From NCBI RefSeq assembly GCF_048593235.1, contig NC_133619.1, positions 234,250,454-234,314,453 of the forward strand: a DNA stretch of 64,000 nucleotides, written 5' to 3'. Source of the DNA: Sminthopsis crassicaudata (lineage: Eukaryota). The notes under the pieces are model-generated. The model saw only the letters and a list, made by a program, of their open reading frames with translations. It was not told the origin of the DNA and did not search any database. Made by a program: the position numbers and the translations under genes. This document shows, one piece after another, positions 10,885 through 22,694 of this stretch (position 1 is its first letter; every line of letters begins with the position of its first letter).

Positions 10885-12036
10885 CTACTGTGCACTCTTA
10901 GGGCAAATGATGAGTGAACCAGGGGTGCTCTGGTCTTGGAGAAGGCAAGGAGAGAAATAAGGGCGAAGAGGCCCTTCCAAATCTATGTTTGGGTTACTGT
11001 AAACAATGGCTCTGTATGTGACATCATAAAATGCTATTTCTTGCCTTTCACAATCAAGAAAAATGCCCAATTTGTGCAGAGGCTGGCTCAACTGAATGGT
11101 CTTTTCTGAAGTGTACAAGAAGAAACCATTTCCAGATGTAAATGCTGTGATGGCCAAGACATCTTCCCAACTGAATCTCCCTCCTGAATCATTACAGACG
11201 CCCAAAGCCCACCCCGTCTGGTCTTCCAAATCTACTTCCCAGTAGTGGGTGCCTGAGATGAATTTCTGGGTTCCTAAAACCCCGAGAACAGGATGAAATC
11301 TCTCTGTGTTGTGAGGCAGGTCTTGACGGGTGCTTCCATAGTGCACCCTCTTCAAATCTTCAGACAGGATGAGATGAGGATGGGCTGATTCAGGATCAAG
11401 GGTTATATCCCTGTGGAAACTCATGAGAAATTCTCCCATGCCTGTAATGGAGCAGATAGGCCAGGGAAGGAAAGGAAACTCTGGCCTTTGGAGTAGTTCT
11501 TCCTTTTTTTTCAAAGTGTCTGGTGCCGCCTGGATCATTTCCAAGGCTAGCATGTCCAAATTCTGCTCCACTTCTAACATCATTTGTTTCAGCTTTTGTA
11601 TTTCTGGTAACACCTTCATCTCATGCTCTGCTAGTTTGAGCAGGTTGCTTGTGGATGCCTCAACAAAACTTTTTTCATATATAGATTTTTCTTCCATTAA
11701 GAATTGTTGCAGTTTCCCATATTCACAAACAGCTGCCACTTTCAAAGTGGAGGAACGCTCTATGAATTGTGCCTCTCTTCTTCTCAATGTGTCCAGTGCA
11801 GTTTGACACTTCTCTTTTTTCTTCTGTATGATCCTCCATATCTGCAGGAGCTTGTTCTTGCTCTTGTCAGCTGCTGTCTCCAAGGGAAGGACTTTGTGGT
11901 CCTTGAGTTCTGGGCCCGAGAAGCAAGAATCAAAGAGGGGTCTCTGGCCTTCCTCACAGAAGAATATCACTTGTTCTCCCTGTTGATCACAGGTGCTCAG
12001 GCTCACGTCTTTGTGCAGCAGGTGGTTTTGGCTCAT
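10885..12036 (-). CDS. Copy 5: RING-less TRIM-like protein, 383 aa (CC type B, SPRY type Y)
   Basis: Intact ORF; coiled-coil block reads REAQFIERSSTLKVAAVCEYGKLQQF. Confidence 0.88.
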   Translation of the reverse strand: MSQNHLLHKDVSLSTCDQQGEQVIFFCEEGQRPLFDSCFSGPELKDHKVLPLETAADKSKNKLLQIWRIIQKKKEKCQTALDTLRRREAQFIERSSTLKVAAVCEYGKLQQFLMEEKSIYEKSFVEASTSNLLKLAEHEMKVLPEIQKLKQMMLEVEQNLDMLALEMIQAAPDTLKKKEELLQRPEFPFLPWPICSITGMGEFLMSFHRDITLDPESAHPHLILSEDLKRVHYGSTRQDLPHNTERFHPVLGVLGTQKFISGTHYWEVDLEDQTGWALGVCNDSGGRFSWEDVLAITAFTSGNGFFLYTSEKTIQLSQPLHKLGIFLDCERQEIAFYDVTYRAIVYSNPNIDLEGPLRPYFSPCLLQDQSTPGSLIICPKSAQ

Positions 12037-13835
12037 CTTGCCAGTTGTGCACTGGGTCTGCAGGTTCCTTCTGAGCAGCAAGGCAGCCTCCCTAAGCAAT
12101 GACTCCTCTGCACTCTGTGTGAGTTAAGGTTTCAGTGACTCCCTCAGTGCCCTGGAGAAGACACTCTGTGCACTCTCAGTCACCCAGTCAGGAAGGTAGT
12201 TCAGGCTCATGCAAGCAAGGGAGACCTACCTGGAGGTTTTTTAATGAAACTCTGTCTATAGATGATGCCAAGCCTCTGATTCCTTCCTTTTCAGGTCTGG
12301 AGAGAGCTAGCTCCTTCCCTTCAGCTCTGGCAGCAAAAGATATGGGCACTGAGCTGTGTGAGCCTTTTTAAATCTCCTCCCCTGCTTAGCCATTCTCTTA
12401 ACTCCACCCTCAAATAAGTGAGAACTCTTGTCTTTTGAGAGGACTTCCACTCCCTGCTTCAGGGCTGAGTTCTCACCTTTCTTCTAATCCCACCTTTCAG
12501 AGTCAGCCTCTCTAGAGAAGGAAACTCCTTCCCTCCTTCTGAGTACATGGAAAGATCTCCTGATTGGGTCACTTAGCAGTGACATTCTCACCTGCAAGCC
12601 TCAAGATATCACCTTTTTGATGTACTGACATGGAAACATGGCAAAGAAAGACGCCCAGCCCCCACCCCAAACAAAAACTTTTTTTTTCCCCAAACTGCTT
12701 CCCACCCATGGCTCCTATGAAGAAAACATGTACCAACCTTTGCTTTCTCTCCCCCTTAGTTTCCACTTTGGCTCTCATTACATACTTATGATTCTATCAC
12801 TGGATCAAGAAGTCTTAGCATTTTTAGTATATGTTTTTTAGAAGAACATTATTTCTGATTGCTATCTTTTTAAATGTTCATCTCAGAAAGAAGATTGTCT
12901 TCTTCCTTTTGGTTATGCCACAAAGGATTTGTGAACTGAGGCAGCTGTTACTTTTTTTTTTAATTGTTTCACCTTTAAGTTCCTTTTATTGACTCCTCAA
13001 AAGGTGAGAACTCCCACTTTCTAAAATTCTTCCACTCTCTCCACTGGAGTTTGTCCTCTTAAAATATAATACATCAATATATATTTATTTTATTTCAATT
13101 AAAATAGACTTTAATCTGGACACCTGGTGACTGCATCTATCCTATTCTAGGTTGTATTCCAGGCTGGGATACCTCTGACAAGGGGCACCAAATGTCCTAC
13201 AAGAGAAGGGTAGAAAAACAGAATGACACAATGGAAGTACCTTTGGCATAATATCTGGCTTGAAGTTCCTATTTGGTTGTGGACTAATTTATTGCAATCC
13301 TTCAAAACATCTTTATAGCTTTACCTATTACATTTTCTTATTTCATGCCAGATCTTTGAGTCTGCTATGATCCTCTAGTAGTATTCTGACTCAAAACAAT
13401 AGACATTCCATACCCAACTCCCAAGGCCTGCAAAGAAGAGAACTTTTGTCCCTTTTCTTTCTTTATTTGTTTGCTTCCTTACTCCTTTGGTTGTTCATTG
13501 ATTCATATAGTCTTTTAGCCTTCCAAGTGTTGTTCTCCCTCCCTTTCTCCTAGGAATTTTTCCCTTCACTTTTGCTCTCTTCAGTCCTTGTCTCCTATTC
13601 TGCTACCCACCTCCCCATCCCAATTAGCTTCTGGAAAAGCAGCCACCAAAGGGGAAAAATGATCTTTTTACGTTAAGAATTCTTAAGAAGGAACACAGTA
13701 TTTTCTTGGTTTAAATAATCACACTTTATTGTCCATTCAACAGAAATACAGAGAAATAGAGTATCCCTGGCAGTGTTCCACCCAGTCACTTTTGCTAAAG
13801 GGTCATCCTTAGTAATTAGGAACTCTGACTGGCCT

Positions 13836-14987
13836 CTACTGTGCACTCTTAGGGCAAATGATGAGTGAACCAGGGGTGCTCTGGTCTTGGAGAAGGCAAG
13901 GAGAGAAATAAGGGCGAAGAGGGCCTTCCAAATCTATGTTTGGGTTACTGTAAACAATGGCTCTGTATGTGACATCATAAAATGCTATTTCTTGCCTTTC
14001 ACAATCAAGAAAAATGCCCACTTTGTGCAGAGGTTGGCTCAACTGAATGGTCTTTTCTGAAGTGTACAAGAAGAAACCATTTCCAGATGTGAATGCTGTG
14101 ATGGCCAAGACATCTTCCCAACTGAATCTCCCTCCTGAATCATTACAGACGCCCAAAGCCCACCCCGTCTTGTCTTCCACCTCTACTTCCCAGTAGTGGG
14201 TGCCTGAGATGAATTTCTGGGTTCCTAAAACCCCGAGAGCAGGATGAAATCTCTCTGTGTTGTCAGGCAGGTCTTGACGGGTGCTTCCATAGTGCACCCT
14301 CTTCAAATCTTCAGATAGGATGAGATGAGGATGGGCTGATTCAGGATCAAGAGTTATATCCCTGTGGAAACTCATGAGAAATTCTCTCATGCCTGTAATG
14401 GAGCAGATAGGCCAGGGAAGGAAAGGAAACTCTGGCCTTTGGAGTAGTTCTTCCTTTTTTTTCAAAGTGTCTGGTGCAGCCTGGATCATTTCCAAGGGCA
14501 GCATGTCCAAATTCTGCTCCACTTCTAACATCATTTGTTTCAGATTTTGTGTTTCTGGTAACACCTTCATCTCATGCTCTGCTAGTTTGAGCAGGTTGCT
14601 TGTGGATGCCTCACCAAAACTTTTTTCGTATATAAATTTTTCTTCCATTAAGAATAGTTGCAGTTGCCTATATTGAGAACTAGTTAACACTTTCAAAGTG
14701 CAGGAACTCTCAGTAAATTGTGCCTTTCTTCTTCTCAATGTGTCCAGTGCAGTTTGACACTTCTCTTTTTTCTTCTGTATGATCCTCCATATCTGCAGGA
14801 GCTTGTTCTTGCTCTTGTCAGCTGCTGTCTCCAAGGGAATGACTTGGTGGTCCTTGAGTTCTGGGCCCGAGAAGCAAGAATCAAAGAGGGGTCTCTGGCC
14901 TTCCTCACAGAAGAATATCACTTGTTCTCCCTGTTGATCACAGGTGCTCAGGTTCAAGTCTTTGTGCAGCAGGTGATTTTGGCTCAT
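13836..14987 (-). CDS. Copy 6: RING-less TRIM-like protein, 383 aa (A/X)
   Basis: Intact ORF, near-identical to copies 3 and 9. Confidence 0.88.
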   Translation of the reverse strand: MSQNHLLHKDLNLSTCDQQGEQVIFFCEEGQRPLFDSCFSGPELKDHQVIPLETAADKSKNKLLQIWRIIQKKKEKCQTALDTLRRRKAQFTESSCTLKVLTSSQYRQLQLFLMEEKFIYEKSFGEASTSNLLKLAEHEMKVLPETQNLKQMMLEVEQNLDMLPLEMIQAAPDTLKKKEELLQRPEFPFLPWPICSITGMREFLMSFHRDITLDPESAHPHLILSEDLKRVHYGSTRQDLPDNTERFHPALGVLGTQKFISGTHYWEVEVEDKTGWALGVCNDSGGRFSWEDVLAITAFTSGNGFFLYTSEKTIQLSQPLHKVGIFLDCERQEIAFYDVTYRAIVYSNPNIDLEGPLRPYFSPCLLQDQSTPGSLIICPKSAQ

Positions 14988-16789
14988 CTTGCCAGTGGTG
15001 CACTGGGTCTGCAGGTTCCTTCTGAGCAGCAAGGCAGCCTCCCTAAGCAATGACTCCTCTGCACTCTGTGTGGGTTAAGGTTTCAGTGACTCCCTCAGTG
15101 CCCGGGAGAAGACACTCTGTGCACTCTCAGTCACCCAGTCAGGAAGGTAGTTCAGGCTCATGCAAGCAAGGGAGACCTACCTGGAGTTTTTTTAATGAAA
15201 CTCTGGTATGGATGATCCCAAGCCTCTGATTCCTTCCTTTTCAAGTCTGGAGAGAGCTAGCTCCTTCCCTTCAGCTCTGGCAGCAAAAGATATGGGCACT
15301 GAGCTGTGTGAGCCTTTTTAAATCTCCTCCCCTGCTTAGCCATTCTCTTAACTCCACCCTCAAAAAGGTGAGAACTCTTGTCTTTTGAGAGGACTTCCAC
15401 TCCCTGCTTCAGGGCTGAGTTCTCACCTTTCTTCTAATCCCACCCTTCAGAGTCAGCCTCTCTAGAGAAGGAAACTCCTAACCTCCTTCTGAGTACATGG
15501 AAAGATCTCCTGATTGGGTCACTTAGCAGTGACATTCTCACCTGCAAGCCTCAAGATATCACCTTTTTGATGTGCTGACATGGAAACATGGCAAAGAAAG
15601 ACGCCCAGCCCCCACCCCAAACAAAATCTTTTTTTTTTTCCCCAAACTGCTTCCCACCCATGGCTCCTATGAAGAAAACATGTACCAACCTTTGCTATCC
15701 CTCCCCCTTAGTTTCCACTTTGGCTCTCATTACATACTTATGATTCTATCACTGGATCAAGATGTCTTAGCATTTTTAGTATATGCTTTTTAGAAGAACA
15801 TTATTTCTGATTGCTATCTTTTTAAATGTTCATCTCAGAAAGAAGATTGTCTTCTTCCTTTTGGTTATGCCACAAAGGATTTGAGAACTGAGGCAGCTGT
15901 TACTTTTTTTTTTTAATTGTTTCACCTTTTAAGTGCCTTTTATTGACTCCTCAAAAGGTGAGAACTCCCACTTTCTAAAGTTCTTCCACTCTCTCCACTG
16001 GAGTTTGTCCTCTTAAAATATAATACATCAATATATATTTATTTTATTTCAATTAAAATAGACTTTAATCTGGACACCTGGGGACTGCATCTATCCTATT
16101 CTAGGTTGTATTCCAGGCTGGGATACCTCTGACAAGGGGCACCAAATGTCCTACAAGAGAAGGGTAGAAAAACAGAATGACACAATGGAAGTACCTTTGG
16201 CATAATATCTTGCTTCAAGTTCCTTACCAGTTGAGGACTAATTTATTTCAGTCCTTCAAAACATCTTTATAGCTGTACCTATTACATTTTCTTATTTCAT
16301 GCCAGATCTTTGAGTCTGCTATGATCCTCAAGTAGTATTCTGACTCAAAACAATAGACTTTCCATACCCATCTCCCTAGGCCTTCAAAGAAGAGAACTTT
16401 TCTCCCTTTTCTTTCTTTATTTGTTTGCTTCCTTACTCCTTTGGTTGTTCAATGATTCCTACAGTCTTTTAGCCTTCCAAGTGTTGTTCTCCCTCCCTTT
16501 CTACTAGGAATTTTCCCCTTCACTTTTGCTCTCCTCAGGCCTTGTCTCCTATTCTGCTACCCACCTCCCCATCCCAATTAGCTTCTGGAAAAGCAGCCAC
16601 CAAAGGGGAAAAATGATCTTTTTACGTTAAGAATTCTTAACAAAGAACACAGTATTTTTTTGGTTTAAATAATCACACTTTATTGTCCATTCAACAGAAA
16701 TACAGAGTAATAGAGTATCCCTGGCAGTGTTCCACCCAGTCACTTTTGCTAAAGGGTCATCCTTAGTAATTAGGAACTCTGACTGGCCT

Positions 16790-17941
16790 CTACTGTGCAC
16801 TCTTAAGGCAAATGATGAGTGAACCAGGGGTGCTCTGGTCTTGGAGAAGGCAAGGAGAGAAATAAGGGCGAAGAGGCCCTTCCAAATCTATGTTTGGGTT
16901 ACTGTAAACAATGGCTCTGTATGTGACATCATAAAATGCTATTTCTTGCCTTTCACAATCAAGAAAAATGCCCAATTTGTGCAGAGGCTGGCTCAACTGA
17001 ATGGTCTTTTCTGAAGTGTACAAGAAGAAACCATTTCCAGATGTAAATGCTGTGATGGCCAAGACATCTTCCCAACTGAATCTCCCTCCTGAATCATTAC
17101 AGACGCCCAAAGCCCACCCCGTCTGGTCTTCCAACTCTACTTCCCAGTAGTGGGTGCCTGAGATGAATTTCTGGGTTCCTAAAACCCCGAGAACAGGATG
17201 AAATCTCTCTGTGTTGTGAGGCAGGTCTTGACGGGTGCTTCCATAGTGCACCCTCTTCAAATCTTCAGACAGGATGAGATGAGGATGGGCTGATTCAGGA
17301 TCAAGAGTTATATCCCTGTGGAAACTCATGAGAAATTCTCTCATGCCTGTAATGGAGCAGATAGGCCAGGGAAGGAAAGGAAACTCTGGCCTTTGGAGTA
17401 GTTCTTCCTTTTTTTTCAAAGTGTCTGGTGCAGCCTGGATCATTTCCAAGGGCAGCATGTCCAAATTCTGCTCCACTTCTAACATCATTTGTTTCAGATT
17501 TTGTGTTTCTGGTAACACCTTCATCTCATGCTCTGCTAGTTTGAGCAGGTTGCTTGTGGATGCCTCACCAAAACTTTTTTCGTATATAAATTTTTCTTCC
17601 ATTAAGAATAGTTGCAGTTGCCTATATTGAGAACTAGTTAACACTTTCAAAGTGCAGGAACTCTCAGTAAATTGTGCCTTTCTTCTTCTCAATGTGTCCA
17701 GTGCAGTTTGACACTTCTCTTTTTTCTTCTGTATGATCCTCCATATCTGCAGGAGCTTGTTCTTGCTCTTGTCAGCTGCTGTCTCCAAGGGAATGACTTG
17801 GTGGTCCTTGAGTTCTGGGCCCGAGAAGCAAGAATCAAAGAGGGGTCTCTGGCCTTCCTCACAGAAGAATATCACTTGTTCTCCCTGTTGATCACAGGTG
17901 CTCAGGTTCAAGTCTTTGTGCAGCAGGTGATTTTGGCTCAT
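16790..17941 (-). CDS. Copy 7: RING-less TRIM-like protein, 383 aa (A/Y)
   Basis: Intact ORF, close to copy 4. Confidence 0.88.
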   Translation of the reverse strand: MSQNHLLHKDLNLSTCDQQGEQVIFFCEEGQRPLFDSCFSGPELKDHQVIPLETAADKSKNKLLQIWRIIQKKKEKCQTALDTLRRRKAQFTESSCTLKVLTSSQYRQLQLFLMEEKFIYEKSFGEASTSNLLKLAEHEMKVLPETQNLKQMMLEVEQNLDMLPLEMIQAAPDTLKKKEELLQRPEFPFLPWPICSITGMREFLMSFHRDITLDPESAHPHLILSEDLKRVHYGSTRQDLPHNTERFHPVLGVLGTQKFISGTHYWEVELEDQTGWALGVCNDSGGRFSWEDVLAITAFTSGNGFFLYTSEKTIQLSQPLHKLGIFLDCERQEIAFYDVTYRAIVYSNPNIDLEGPLRPYFSPCLLQDQSTPGSLIICLKSAQ

Positions 17942-19742
17942 CTTGCCAGTGGTGCACTGGGTCTGCAGGTTCCTTCTGAGCAGCAAGGCAGCCTCCCTAA
18001 GCAATGACTCCTCTGCACTCTGTGTGGGTTAAGGTTTCAGTGACTCCCTCAGTGCCCGGGAGAAGACACTCTGTGCACTCTCAGTCACCCAGTCAGGAAG
18101 GTAGTTCAGGCTCATGCAAGCAAGGGAGACCTACCTGGAGGTTTTTTAATGAAACTCTGGTATGGATGATCTCAAGCCTCTGATTCCTTCCTTTTCAGGT
18201 CTGGAGAGAGCTAGCTCCTTCCCTTCAGCTCTGGCAGCAAAACATATGGGCACTGAGCTGTGTGAGCCTTTTTAAATCTCCTCCCCTGCTTAGCCATTCT
18301 CTTAACTCCACCCTCAAAAAGGTGAGAACTCTTGTCTTTTGAGAGGACTTCCACTCCCTGCTTCAGGGCTGAGTTCTCACCTTTCTTCTAATCCCACCCT
18401 TCAGAGTCAGCCTCTCTAGAGAAGGAAACTCCTAACCTCCTTCTGAGTACATGGAAAGATCTCCTGATTGGGTCACTTAGCAGTGACATTCTCACCTGCA
18501 AGCCTCAAGATATCACCTTTTTGATGTGCTGACATGGAAACATGGCAAAGAAAGACGCCCAGCCCCCACCCCAAACAAAATCTTTTTTTTTTCCCCAAAC
18601 TGCTTCCCACCCATGGCTCCTATGAAGAAAACATGTACCAACCTTTGCTATCCCTCCCCCTTACTTTCCACTTTGGCTCTCATTACATACTTATGATTCT
18701 ATCACTGGATCAAGATGTCTTAGCATTTTTAGTATATGCTTTTTAGAAGAACATTATTTCTGATTGCTATCTTTTTAAATGTTCATCTCAGAAAGAAGAT
18801 TGTCTTCTTCCTTTTGGTTATGCCACAAAGGATTTGAGAACTGAGGCAGCTGTTACTTTTTTTTTTTAATTGTTTCACCTTTTAAGTGCCTTTTATTGAC
18901 TCCTCAAAAGGTGAGAACTCCCACTTTCTAAAGTTCTTCCACTCTCTCCACTGGAGTTTGTCCTCTTAAAATATAATACATCAATATATATTTATTTTAT
19001 TTCAATTAAAATAGACTTTAATCTGGACACCTGGGGACTGCATCTATCCTATTCTAGGTTGTATTCCAAGCTGGGATACCTCTGACAAGGGGCACCAAAT
19101 GTCCTACAAGAGAAGGGTAGAAAAACAGAATGACACAATGGAAGTACCTTTGGCATAATATCTTGCTTCAAGTTCCTTACCAGTTGAGGACTAATTTATT
19201 TCAGTCCTTCAAAACATCTTTATAGCTGTACCTATTACATTTTCTTATTTCATGCCAGATCTTTGAGTCTGCTATGATCCTCAAGTAGTATTCTGACTCA
19301 AAACAATAGACTTTCCATACCCATCTCCCTAGGCCTTCAAAGAAGAGAACTTTTCTCCCTTTTCTTTCTTTATTTGTTTGCTTCCTTACTCCTTTGGTTG
19401 TTCAATGATTCCTACAGTCTTTTAGCCTTCCAAGTGTTGTTCTCCCTCCCTTTCTACTAGGAATTTTCCCCTTCACTTTTGCTCTCCTCAGGCCTTGTCT
19501 CCTATTCTGCTACCCACCTCCCCATCCCAATTAGCTTCTGGAAAAGCAGCCACCAAAGGGGAAAAATGATCTTTTTACGTTAAGAATTCTTAACAAAGAA
19601 CACAGTATTTTTTTGGTTTAAATAATCACACTTTATTGTCCATTCAACAGAAATACAGAGTAATAGAGTATCCCTGGCAGTGTTCCACCCAGTCACTTTT
19701 GCTAAAGGGTCATCCTTAGTAATTAGGAACTCTGACTGGCCT

Positions 19743-20894
19743 CTACTGTGCACTCTTAGGGCAAATGATGAGTGAACCAGGGGTGCTCTGGTCTTGGAGA
19801 AGGCAAGGAGAGAAATAAGGGCGAAGAGGCCCTTCCAAATCTATGTTTGGGTTACTGTAAACAATGGCTCTGTATGTGACATCATAAAATGCTATTTCTT
19901 GCCTTTCACAATCAAGAAAAATGCCCAATTTGTGCAGAGGCTGGCTCAACTGAATGGTCTTTTCTGAAGTGTACAAGAAGAAACCATTTCCAGATGTAAA
20001 TGCTGTGATGGCCAAGACATCTTCCCAACTGAATCTCCCTCCTGAATCATTACAGACGCCCAAAGCCCACCCCGTCTGGTCTTCCAACTCTACTTCCCAG
20101 TAGTGGGTGCCTGAGATGAATTTCTGGGTTCCTAAAACCCCGAGAACAGGATGAAATCTCTCTGTGTTGTGAGGCAGGTCTTGACGGGTGCTTCCATAGT
20201 GCACCCTCTTCAAATCTTCAGACAGGATGAGATGAGGATGGGCTGATTCAGGATCAAGGGTTATATCCCTGTGGAAACTCATGAGAAATTCTCCCATGCC
20301 TGTAATGGAGCAGATAGGCCAGGGAAGGAAAGGAAACTCTGGCCTTTGGAGTAGTTCTTCCTTTTTTTTCAAAGTGTCTGGTGCCGCCTGGATCATTTCC
20401 AAGGCTAGCATGTCCAAATTCTGCTCCACTTCTAACATCATTTGTTTCAGCTTTTGTATTTCTGGTAACACCTTCATCTCATGCTCTGCTAGTTTGAGCA
20501 GGTTGCTTGTGGATGCCTCAACAAAACTTTTTTCATATATAGATTTTTCTTCCATTAAGAATTGTTGCAGTTTCCCATATTCACAAACAGCTGCCACTTT
20601 CAAAGTGGAGGAACGCTCTATGAATTGTGCCTCTCTTCTTCTCAATGTGTCCAGTGCAGTTTGACACTTCTCTTTTTTCTTCTGTATGATCCTCCATATC
20701 TGCAGGAGCTTGTTCTTGCTCTTGTCAGCTGCTGTCTCCAAGGGAAGGACTTTGTGGTCCTTGAGTTCTGGGCCCGAGAAGCAAGAATCAAAGAGGGGTC
20801 TCTGGCCTTCCTCACAGAAGAATATCACTTGTTCTCCCTGTTGATCACAGGTGCTCAGGCTCACGTCTTTGTGCAGCAGGTGGTTTTGGCTCAT
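19743..20894 (-). CDS. Copy 8: RING-less TRIM-like protein, 383 aa (B/Y)
   Basis: Intact ORF; the translation differs from copy 5 only at EVELEDQ versus EVDLEDQ. Confidence 0.88.
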   Translation of the reverse strand: MSQNHLLHKDVSLSTCDQQGEQVIFFCEEGQRPLFDSCFSGPELKDHKVLPLETAADKSKNKLLQIWRIIQKKKEKCQTALDTLRRREAQFIERSSTLKVAAVCEYGKLQQFLMEEKSIYEKSFVEASTSNLLKLAEHEMKVLPEIQKLKQMMLEVEQNLDMLALEMIQAAPDTLKKKEELLQRPEFPFLPWPICSITGMGEFLMSFHRDITLDPESAHPHLILSEDLKRVHYGSTRQDLPHNTERFHPVLGVLGTQKFISGTHYWEVELEDQTGWALGVCNDSGGRFSWEDVLAITAFTSGNGFFLYTSEKTIQLSQPLHKLGIFLDCERQEIAFYDVTYRAIVYSNPNIDLEGPLRPYFSPCLLQDQSTPGSLIICPKSAQ

Positions 20895-22694
20895 CTTGCC
20901 AGTTGTGCACTGGGTCTGCAGGTTCCTTCTGAGCAGCAAGGCAGCCTCCCTAAGCAATGACTCCTCTGCACTCTGTGTGAGTTAAGGTTTCAGTGACTCC
21001 CTCAGTGCCCTGGAGAAGACACTCTGTGCACTCTCAGTCACCCAGTCAGGAAGGTAGTTCAGGCTCATGCAAGCAAGGGAGACCTACCTGGAGGTTTTTT
21101 AATGAAACTCTGTCTATAGATGATGCCAAGCCTCTGATTCCTTCCTTTTCAGGTCTGGAGAGAGCTAGCTCCTTCCCTTCAGCTCTGGCAGCAAAAGATA
21201 TGGGCACTGAGCTGTGTGAGCCTTTTTAAATCTCCTCCCCTGCTTAGCCATTCTCTTAACTCCACCCTCAAATAAGTGAGAACTCTTGTCTTTTGAGAGG
21301 ACTTCCACTCCCTGCTTCAGGGCTGAGTTCTCACCTTTCTTCTAATCCCACCTTTCAGAGTCAGCCTCTCTAGAGAAGGAAACTCCTTCCCTCCTTCTGA
21401 GTACATGGAAAGATCTCCTGATTGGGTCACTTAGCAGTGACATTCTCACCTGCAAGCCTCAAGATATCACCTTTTTGATGTACTGACATGGAAACATGGC
21501 AAAGAAAGACGCCCAGCCCCCACCCCAAACAAAAACTTTTTTTTTCCCCAAACTGCTTCCCACCCATGGCTCCTATGAAGAAAACATGTACCAACCTTTG
21601 CTTTCTCTCCCCCTTAGTTTCCACTTTGGCTCTCATTACATACTTATGATTCTATCACTGGATCAAGAAGTCTTAGCATTTTTAGTATATGTTTTTTAGA
21701 AGAACATTATTTCTGATTGCTATCTTTTTAAATGTTCATCTCAGAAAGAAGATTGTCTTCTTCCTTTTGGTTATGCCACAAAGGATTTGTGAACTGAGGC
21801 AGCTGTTACTTTTTTTTTTTAATTGTTTCACCTTTAAGTTCCTTTTATTGACTCCTCAAAAGGTGAGAACTCCCACTTTCTAAAATTCTTCCACTCTCTC
21901 CACTGGAGTTTGTCCTCTTAAAATATAATACATCAATATATATTTATTTTATTTCAATTAAAATAGACTTTAATCTGGACACCTGGTGACTGCATCTATC
22001 CTATTCTAGGTTGTATTCCAGGCTGGGATACCTCTGACAAGGGGCACCAAATGTCCTACAAGAGAAGGGTAGAAAAACAGAATGACACAATGGAAGTACC
22101 TTTGGCATAATATCTTGCTTCAAGTTCCTATTTGGTTGTGGACTAATTTATTGCAATCCTTCAAAACATCTTTATAGCTTTACCTATTACATTTTCTTAT
22201 TTCATGCCAGATCTTTGAGTCTGCTATGATCCTCTAGTAGTATTCTGACTCAAAACAATAGACATTCCATACCCAACTCCCAAGGCCTGCAAAGAAGAGA
22301 ACTTTTGTCCCTTTTCTTTCTTTATTTGTTTGCTTCCTTACTCCTTTGGTTGTTCATTGATTCATATAGTCTTTTAGCCTTCCAAGTGTTGTTCTCCCTC
22401 CCTTTCTACTAGAAATTTTTCCCTTCACTTTTGCTCTCCTCAGGCCTTGTCTCCTATTCTGCTACCCACCTCCCCATCCCAATTAGCTTCTGGAAAAGCA
22501 GCCACCAAAGGGGAAAAATGATCTTTTTACGTTAAGAATTCTTAAGAAGGAACACAGTATTTTCTTGGTTTAAATAATCACACTTTATTGTCCATTCAAC
22601 AGAAATACAGAGAAATAGAGTATCCCTGGCAGTGTTCCACCCAGTCACTTTTGCTAAAGGGTCATCCTTAGTAATTAGGAACTCTGACTGGCCT

